DNA of 64,000 bases from a virus (lineage: Duplodnaviria; Caudoviricetes), in IMG/VR virus record IMGVR_UViG_3300031992_000039, positions 47,328 through 111,327 of that record; one strand, written 5' to 3'. The notes beneath the pieces were generated by a model. It was not told the origin of the DNA, did no database searches, and saw only the letters and a program-made list of their open reading frames with translations. Positions within the stretch are counted from its first letter, which is position 1, and the number at the start of each line of letters is the position of its first letter. Shown in pieces: positions 58,801-64,000 of the stretch. The position numbers and the translations under genes were made by a program.

Positions 58801-60662
58801 GACTTTACAACACTATCATTCGCCAAGCCCATTAAGAATGTATCCCAAGCGTTCTTTAGCTGAGCCAGCTTCGATTGCAAGGATTCAAGAGTCTTTTCAA
58901 ACTGACCTTGAGAAGCGCCCGCTGCGCTGTTTGCCTCAGCAACTAATTGCGTCATACGCGCATTATCCTGCATCAGCGCAATAAAACGGCTTTGTTGGCG
59001 CGAACCCGCAGCCATTGTTGCAATATATCTCTGTTGAACTTGGTCAAGAGAGTCCCATCTCTCAGATAATTCCATAAATATCTGATCGAGGCCCTTCATA
59101 CCAGTTAAATACTCATTAAGATTAATTCCAGCAGTCCTTAAAGCTTTGGAAACCTTATTTACATCAATTTCCTCTCCTTCAAGTTCTCCAAGTAATTCTC
59201 CTTCGCTGTAAAGATTTTTAACTTCTGAAAACCTAGCTATAACTGTTTTTAATGCAGTACCTGCAGTTTCTGCGCTCTCACGAGTAGTTTCTATAATCTG
59301 AGACAGAAACGCTGCGGTATTTTCAAATGACATATTTGCGTTGTTCGCTAGAGAGGCAACTTTTGTCATAGCGGTAGAAATTTCATCTACATTGGACGCA
59401 GTCTTCGCGGCAAGATTTGAGTATACATCATTGATATTTTGTGCATTGGCATTTGTAATTTCCATGTTGAAACCACGAAGGGCGTTCGTCATACGATCAG
59501 TTGCTTCTGCTGCATCTAACCCAGCAATGCGCGCCATCTTCAAGGTTTCATTAGAAACCGCCATTACTTCATTAGTTTGAAGACCCTGTTGGTAATATAG
59601 CGTCGCAGCCTCGTAGGCGTCATGAATTGAAATACCTAGCTCATTCGCACGCTGTGTATATTCTGGTAATTGTGACCACATATCACCAACATCAAATTTG
59701 GTAACAACCGCCGTTTCGGTCATGACCTTATCAAGATCCTTTATGGTCTCGTAAGCTGATCGAATTCCCCTTTGAAATAAGCGAACCGCGTTATTTAAGC
59801 CAAAAAAATACTCAATTCGGTGCTTGAATTGATCTATTTCAGACCCAAGCTTTTGAGTATTTGCAGCGCCTTCTTGAGTTTCTTTATTATATTTATCTAA
59901 CTCATCTGTCGCAGCTCTAGTGCTAGCCGCCAACTTTTCAATATACCTTGCGCCAGCATCATTAGCTTGAGATTGTAATTCATTTTGTTCTCTTTCTTTT
60001 TGATTAAGTTTTTCTTGCTCTTGAATTGTTTGGTTCAAGGCTTGCCGGTAAATCGTTACCTGTTTTTCATAATTTGACCAGTTACTTCCTTCGCTGAAAT
60101 CCTTTCCCGCTTTCTTGGCTTTCTCTACTTGTTTTTCTAATCGGCTTAATGCGGTCTCTGCCTCACCTAGTTTTTCACCACCGACTTTAAAGGCTTCAAA
60201 GAAATCTTGCCAAGCTGAAGAGGTAGAAGATTTAGGCTTACTCTCAAAAGCTTCTTTAACTTTATCAAGATTGGATGTATTTAATTGATTTATCTCTTGT
60301 TTGATTCTTGCAATATCATCAGCAACTTGTTTAGCTTGAGAGCTATCAATTTCAAAATTTAATTTTTTAGTATCAATACCGCTAATAATAGATGCAATGC
60401 GCCGCCAATCCTGTGCAATTTGGTTAGTAGCATTTTCATAAGCAGTAACACTACTTTTTGTTTTGAATCCAGACTCCATAGCTGTTGAAGCCTTATTAAT
60501 ATTTTTTTCAATATTAGAAAAAATTTTAGTAAACTGGCTTTCTAAATTATTCGGCAGACTTAATCCAGAAATGGCTTGCTGTAATTGCTTTACATTGCTA
60601 ATAACATCTTTAAAATCTGAAACAGCTTTTAGGTTTATTTGAATAGTTTTGCTATCAGCCAT
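52812..60662 (-). CDS. tail tape measure protein with C-terminal peptidoglycan-binding domain
   Basis: 2616 aa, TP901-type core, hydrophobic segment, long helical region, VKAIQWALNELGY...VDGIFG..T..AV..FQ. Confidence 0.9.
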   Translation of the reverse strand: MADSKTIQINLKAVSDFKDVISNVKQLQQAISGLSLPNNLESQFTKIFSNIEKNINKASTAMESGFKTKSSVTAYENATNQIAQDWRRIASIISGIDTKKLNFEIDSSQAKQVADDIARIKQEINQLNTSNLDKVKEAFESKPKSSTSSAWQDFFEAFKVGGEKLGEAETALSRLEKQVEKAKKAGKDFSEGSNWSNYEKQVTIYRQALNQTIQEQEKLNQKEREQNELQSQANDAGARYIEKLAASTRAATDELDKYNKETQEGAANTQKLGSEIDQFKHRIEYFFGLNNAVRLFQRGIRSAYETIKDLDKVMTETAVVTKFDVGDMWSQLPEYTQRANELGISIHDAYEAATLYYQQGLQTNEVMAVSNETLKMARIAGLDAAEATDRMTNALRGFNMEITNANAQNINDVYSNLAAKTASNVDEISTAMTKVASLANNANMSFENTAAFLSQIIETTRESAETAGTALKTVIARFSEVKNLYSEGELLGELEGEEIDVNKVSKALRTAGINLNEYLTGMKGLDQIFMELSERWDSLDQVQQRYIATMAAGSRQQSRFIALMQDNARMTQLVAEANSAAGASQGQFEKTLESLQSKLAQLKNAWDTFLMGLANDSVVKSIIDLLTNIITAVNKLTSSLPGLAKSIANIGVAIGGLNLSKGILKKIFPNLVASFLGKGKEAGEGFNLGLKESLQHNGSIFNGDFWKDLFRVPPIDVSGIEAIAIATEAQVQAEEELIRVNGEVTASNTWASASEELYSDQMEASFLATEKNNAAIAEKNLALMKAGLTQAEYDGLVAAGYTQEELAVYAELKRKGALEGLTEAQIKEKVAEEAGYKTKQKGIIGTLAAIVHTKAEAVAKKAETGSLWGNVAAWIADKTAIDATTGSMLAALGVIGLIIAAVALLVVGIVAVVNAMKDSTPEAKLEAAKEAAEAATDAAEKTAEAYDNLGQSFDALGERYNKLEELTEGTKEWKKAVQEVNAEVLELIEKYPELGAFVGNKSGVLKIDYESDSVQEVLDSYSERAIRASIMEIGARQRVGEASVEAAWSKVSNFGYSGISDFGVVDKLALALAGDQSTLEEFNVQRGDYTTEQEYFEALLEATGAKVEEAYLTEEEIKQLHLYGQALIENRTQMEGLSSAQAASIIQLSNLSEETSKYASTFLNSQMIDAYKKRAEEEIGSINGENRDRYRKEYAQILGYERYADYKADHNNKDISDEDLRVALVADKTVSEASKNLEAIMKEIAGPSSSEALRHLYSRGEGGGLTTKDISTITGKTTEEIAGLTVEEIKEKIEGTKLFSGLDLGEDELVAAQQYLAEALKHSADTFVRIANIIDNPKIQDWFNKGEISTLGAEQKEILANSLAEVYSKTGEEATLQLMSSIDAVMEQSGEYADDFVSALNTLDWSTIEDAEDLANAIDDMGIPINTSTEAFNRLAHQLLLFGSILPKIDIEGLSEKIAALGAVVSKIRSGKATITEKEYAAMVENGVSSEVLSLFQKNLDGEYVYLRADINELRSAIEDATRVEEENGRKLLEGRLGAQNQLKEFNGYEALASGSILNKDSNSKRNFLKSALGMLDETQLEAIGIEANGRTAAQIAEDFANTGKIDEVLTALSELVKEEVESELQQYNAEIGTRSRLLNYSLQENALEAGGNEYAMQAFKTQLNETNIDLRFFDEYYEKLDSGAEAIRAINAEKLAAIARTYEEAEALGIDTQKLLQYTEQLQKVAPALQNDKELALEVALANTKLNSGLSEIISSYKDWTLLLNENEKLTELANSDDIATFNRLKSSVEKMLNVTGDLSDDFWSNKKAMAALKSAAEGDVEALEYLQKVAAYDYLIHVEPDYVGTDKAIMELADFILGYDLPTLEAGATLDDTNFINALNEMIKKSGLGANKVNEMLGRIGYKAKVSWDTATQEQSIPMIDKRFIPNRLNGRPAQYTDTGGGGHEEVRITYKTIKTSVRVPRIESIISTGTAGGGVSHSNISNGKSNKPTGGKSSGKKSNGKSGSSSTPSYWKNPYDELYNLQEKINEALRRREALERKYQKLLKEQTTSIHDIRKGYYDQINALRQEIKLQQQLQAGRKRQIQNLGSQTYIDSEGRQRTFASMGVTKYAHYDFETGRITIDWEGLEALAHDPNKSEQGEAAEAYINMLQELVGSYEDTRDAIWEIEDTIEDLMHEAIDSYISFEERVMDALISRYEKQIDTLEAMNEAIDKAASDVIDSIQEQIAAQRQERQNRKTEESIAEKEARLAYLRRDTSGSNELEILQLEKEIEEARQNYEDSLIDQAIEEMRKDAELAAEQRAQQIEIMRAQLQVAIDEGTLWQEVYDLINSATDESGALDFNSELIRLLKEAEAFNALSAFASDEWIAKVGEEFRRAIEGLAAGNADQAGQHQGEGSGGGTGGGGSDESGPEAGGGGSSGGSSGGSTPSSYPYGKASETTGIIKKGSTKKKQVKAIQWALNELGYTDKTGKALVVDGIFGDKTDYAVTNFQNDMGLNGNGKVGDRTREKFRLSHYASGGLADFTGPAWLDGSKTNPELVLNPDDTRNFIALKNILAGLLNGQHSELNQLGNAYFDIDVSATIDSDYDVQRMVNEIKNEIVKSSSYRNVNTVNFVR

Positions 60663-60679
60663 TTTATCCTCCCAATAGA

Positions 60680-60713
60680 AAAAAAATTGGCATTAACTTT
60701 AAGTTAATGCCAA
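60680..60713 (-). terminator. terminator/attenuator upstream of the tape measure gene
   Basis: TTGGCATTAACTT N AAGTTAATGCCAA followed by a T run on the minus strand. Confidence 0.7.
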
Positions 60714-60720
60714 ATATCTA

Positions 60721-61497
60721 TTAATCAATACAATCGTTTAGTATATAAAACTCACTAACGTATGTATCTCCTCTTGAACCCACTGGGACGGCGACGCCTG
60801 AGAAATTTCCAACTACTGGTACTGCTTGCGTCCCGAGCATAATAGACAAATTAGACATTAACCTAAGCTTTGGAATTTTTAGAATTCCAGTAACAACCTG
60901 TCCTGTTGTGTCATCCTTTACTCGCGTTCTCCCTTCTAGTTCTACAAACCCATTAATAAGCCTTTGACCGATATTATACTTACTGCCGCCGTTAACATAA
61001 TCATACTCATAATTAACTATAGTTTCTAGATATGGTTGCACCAAAGTAACTACATTTTCATTAATAGTATAATCATTGATTTTCTTACCAGCAGTCTTAT
61101 CATAAATCCATAGATTACTTGAAGGGGTATGTGATAGAAGAATTTCCCCATCGCCATTACTTTCTAATACTTCCTGATTAGAAATTTTTATTATTTCATT
61201 TTCTTCTACTTCAACCATTCTTGAATTGACCATTAGTGCTAATTGCTCAGAGGAAAAAACTCCCTGAGAAAAACTAATTATTTCATCTTTAGTGGTCGTC
61301 CAAAATACATGGGCTCTGTTATCAAAACCCCCATTAGCAGTAATCTGCCGAACTTCTTCAGCTATTCGTGCGATTTGTATTTTATCAAAAAGCGCGATGA
61401 TTTCTCCCGGCTCAATTTTTCTATCACCAATCTCTATATTATAAGTAGCCTTTAAGGCCACCTTCTCGAATTCTTTGAAGCTAAATTTATTATCCAT
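60721..61497 (-). CDS. second tail-tube-like protein (start 61497 or 61533)
   Basis: FSFKEFEKV, ITANGG.DN...W, IPK...SN..I.L echo the adjacent tube gene. Confidence 0.6.
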   Translation of the reverse strand: MDNKFSFKEFEKVALKATYNIEIGDRKIEPGEIIALFDKIQIARIAEEVRQITANGGFDNRAHVFWTTTKDEIISFSQGVFSSEQLALMVNSRMVEVEENEIIKISNQEVLESNGDGEILLSHTPSSNLWIYDKTAGKKINDYTINENVVTLVQPYLETIVNYEYDYVNGGSKYNIGQRLINGFVELEGRTRVKDDTTGQVVTGILKIPKLRLMSNLSIMLGTQAVPVVGNFSGVAVPVGSRGDTYVSEFYILNDCID

Positions 61498-61542
61498 TTT
61501 ATTAAAAAAGATGGAGTTCCCTCCATCTTTCATTTATCTTAT

Positions 61543-62301
61543 TTACTCACCATCGGTGTCAAGCTCAATATCATATTTAACAAGTTTCATCATCGCACCA
61601 GAGGCGGGACGGAGAACTTGGAGATTAAGGTTAAAGACAGAGGGATCGCCTTCAGCCTGCATGGTGATAGTGTTCTGAGACAGAACCTTAGCCTTAGGTA
61701 TAATGAACTGGAAGAACTCATCTACGCCAGTCTTCTCAGAACGAGCATAGGTGTCACCAGTAATATAATAAGTTCCAGGGAAGGAGTCGCCAGAAACATC
61801 AATTTCCGCACCAGCCACAGGAATATTACAAACAGTATAATAAACCTCACCAGTAGTATAAGAAGAGACGGAACTGCCGGTCGCATCATAAGTTACCTTC
61901 GTGGCGTCGCTAGGAATGGAATAAACCTTGCCCTGGGGGCCTGCAAAAGTAGTGGGTACAGTATTAGTAGCGGTCTTTGTCCAAGCGATGGTCTTTTTAA
62001 TTGTAGCACTAGAATCAAGCGTAGTAACCTCGCCACTACCAAAAAGAATAGCCATAGACTTAGCAGAGAAAAGTGCATCTTCAAGAGTTACATTGATTTC
62101 CTTACCATAGTCCCAAGTAATCAGAGGGGGATTACCCTTACCACCACGAGCAGAGGTTTCCTCTGCGGTCTGCTCAATGGTAGAGACCTTAAGGGTATCA
62201 AGGTATAGAACAGGGGCGCCGGCGGTACCGTCATCATTTATGTTATAAAAAGTGACGTCAGCAACCTCTTTGATACCATATTTATCAAGAATACTAGCCA
62301 T
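61543..62301 (-). CDS. major tail tube protein
   Basis: YGIKEVADV, ARGGKGNP.LI.WD, IPKAKV.S..TITM.AEGDPS; Thr-rich. Confidence 0.75.
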   Translation of the reverse strand: MASILDKYGIKEVADVTFYNINDDGTAGAPVLYLDTLKVSTIEQTAEETSARGGKGNPPLITWDYGKEINVTLEDALFSAKSMAILFGSGEVTTLDSSATIKKTIAWTKTATNTVPTTFAGPQGKVYSIPSDATKVTYDATGSSVSSYTTGEVYYTVCNIPVAGAEIDVSGDSFPGTYYITGDTYARSEKTGVDEFFQFIIPKAKVLSQNTITMQAEGDPSVFNLNLQVLRPASGAMMKLVKYDIELDTDGE

Positions 62302-62316
62302 TTATAGCCTCCTAAT

Positions 62317-63048
62317 TTAATTATCCAAATTTCTAATCCAATATTTTGGTTTAACTTTTTTAGCATCTGCGCCAGCCAATAAACTATCTATATCAAGTTC
62401 ATATTTTTCTTTCTCTTGATATGTGGACATTAATGCCTGAATCGCAGCGTAACTTAACTCTCCAATATTAAGTGGGTTTAAGCCTAAATTCATACAACAA
62501 ATTGATGCTAAAGTAGTCTTTAAACTTATCCCTCCACCTTGTTTGGCTTTTATTTTGTCTCTATATCTCCCTTTTGCTTTTATTGCTTTTACGCGAGGAT
62601 CTTCATTAGGGTTGGGGGGTTCAATCGCTGCCATACCTATTGATTCTCGGATTAAATTTTGAAAGTCAAAATAATCCTTTTCCTCTAACGTTCGTAATTT
62701 ATCCACTGTTTTTACTTCTTTTAAATCGCCAATAGCTATTTTTTTCTCTTCGAATAGATAAATTACCGGTTCATGTATAAAAAACATGAATGCCTTTGTT
62801 AAAAAGCCCCTAAATTCTAAACTATTATAGGCACTATTTAATACATACTCAAAAGGAGTTAAAACATTTTTTAAATCGTATCCATTTTTTATATACTCAT
62901 CCTCAATTTCTTCTTGAGAATAAGTTAACACTTTTATATATATTTGAAAATTTTTAGTGGTAGCTACTTCTTTAACAGAAGGGGGATAAATATAACAAAT
63001 TCCATTAAAATCTAAGGGATAGCCTAAAAAAAATTTTACCTTATTCAT
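62317..63048 (-). CDS. virion morphogenesis protein (possible tail assembly chaperone)
   Basis: 243 aa upstream of the tube gene; LLAGAD...YW end. Confidence 0.5.
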   Translation of the reverse strand: MNKVKFFLGYPLDFNGICYIYPPSVKEVATTKNFQIYIKVLTYSQEEIEDEYIKNGYDLKNVLTPFEYVLNSAYNSLEFRGFLTKAFMFFIHEPVIYLFEEKKIAIGDLKEVKTVDKLRTLEEKDYFDFQNLIRESIGMAAIEPPNPNEDPRVKAIKAKGRYRDKIKAKQGGGISLKTTLASICCMNLGLNPLNIGELSYAAIQALMSTYQEKEKYELDIDSLLAGADAKKVKPKYWIRNLDN

Positions 63049-63531
63049 ATTGAGATAACCTAAAAACCATTTCGTAACAAGAAATTTCTTCTGTTAGGAA
63101 GTTTAAATCAAAATCTCCGCCAACAATTTTCCCTAACCCATTTATTTCCTTATGATTTAAAGAATTTTGAATCTCTCCCATTATAGCAAACGGTCTTAAA
63201 TTAGAGTCTTTAATTATCCATTCAGTTAAAGGAACAAATACCTCAATTCCCAATTCAAAATTTCTAATTTCATTATTTTCCGAATTAACAATACCCTTAA
63301 CCACGCGTAAACTAATAAGACTATGTGCCGTCTCTTTTGGGCCTACTCTCGGTACCACTTTAACGAGTTTTTCAAAAACCTCATTCTTAATCTGAGTAGA
63401 AGTTAAATCTGGTTCAGATAATGGGTCTTTTCCAGTATAATATAAAAGTTTTAATAAATTTTGATTAGCAAAAAGCCTATCTATTATTTTTTGTAAATTA
63501 GGCCCAAGTTCTTTTAAATTCCTTACCCCAT
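63041..63531 (-). CDS. putative neck/tail-completion protein; start codon is 1 nt out of frame
   Basis: Frame is open to 63532 (GVRNLKELGPNLQK...); ATG at 63531 reads ATG GGG TAA. Confidence 0.55.
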
Positions 63532-63532
63532 A

Positions 63533-64000
63533 TTATTCTTGCACCCCCCGTTCTAGCCAGAAAAAGTCAGTTTTTTCATCATTATCGTCTCGCTCAGGTG
63601 GCGCAGATAAATCATACTCATAAACAGGGTCTATTGTCACATATTCTATTCCTTCAGTTGATTGAAGGTCATATCCAGTAACTCGATAATATTCTTGAAA
63701 AGGATCTTCACCAACTATAAAGTAATCATCTTTTCTTATATATTCATTCTTAGGAACTATAAAGAAACTAGATTTTAAATTTTCAGTATAAAGAGTGTCC
63801 ATACGACTGCGAGATTTTAATTCGTCCTTTAACATATTATCTTCTTGACCATATAGATAAGCCCAAGTGGTCTGTATGGAGCCATCGCGTGCGGTCCATG
63901 ACAGATAATGTGTCATGCGCAGCATTATATATCTATTATATCCACTTGCTTTTATATGCTCTAAATAATATACAAGCCAAGGACGTTTAACCCCATCCTT
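63533..64000 (-). CDS. putative head-tail joining protein, 5'-truncated
   Basis: Frame is open to the window edge; position upstream of tail genes. Confidence 0.5.
   Translation of the reverse strand, partial: KDGVKRPWLVYYLEHIKASGYNRYIMLRMTHYLSWTARDGSIQTTWAYLYGQEDNMLKDELKSRSRMDTLYTENLKSSFFIVPKNEYIRKDDYFIVGEDPFQEYYRVTGYDLQSTEGIEYVTIDPVYEYDLSAPPERDDNDEKTDFFWLERGVQE

Noticed and set aside
1-64000. Genome-wide TAG recoding (code 15), suggested by the CUA tRNA
   Set aside because: Long genes are intact in code 11; reading through the TAGs at 7805 and 46888 gives only short extensions and no fusion.
1-64000. CRISPR array, integrase or DGR reverse transcriptase
   Set aside because: No regularly spaced direct repeats were noticed by eye, and no matching motifs appear in the ORF track.

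Overview
A 64 kb slice of a large, AT-rich tailed-phage genome read in the standard genetic code; the host is probably an anaerobic Firmicute/Clostridia (inferred from class III RNR, SH3b endolysin, strong GGAGG RBSs and sigmaA-type promoters). From left to right: (1) a non-coding, densely base-paired region (1-520, cut by the window edge) directly downstream of two minus-strand tRNAs, one a Ser-type tRNA with a CUA amber anticodon; (2) a lysis cassette; (3) a plus-strand replication and nucleotide-metabolism block (RNase HI, GT2, dNMP kinase, UvrD, gyrase B/A, SSB-like, Sak4-like ATPase, DnaB, DnaG, RecJ, DnaE split by a group I intron carrying a GIY-YIG endonuclease, NrdH/NrdD/NrdG plus an FTR-like protein, deaminase, dUTPase, RuvC-like) with a minus-strand ATP-dependent ligase; (4) a minus-strand tail module (tube proteins, 2616-aa tape measure, Dit, Tal, two paralogous fibre cassettes). 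Best leads: the large ornate ncRNA candidate beside the amber tRNA; three dispersed genes sharing a YVMxTPxNTNPAVL peptide, one ending in a DGR-type variable region with no RT or template repeat seen in the window; a free-standing homing endonuclease that seems to have replaced the 5' end and promoter of the ligase gene; and a second YACTT promoter class before late genes and all three homing endonucleases. All family calls come from motif recognition by eye; no database search was run.
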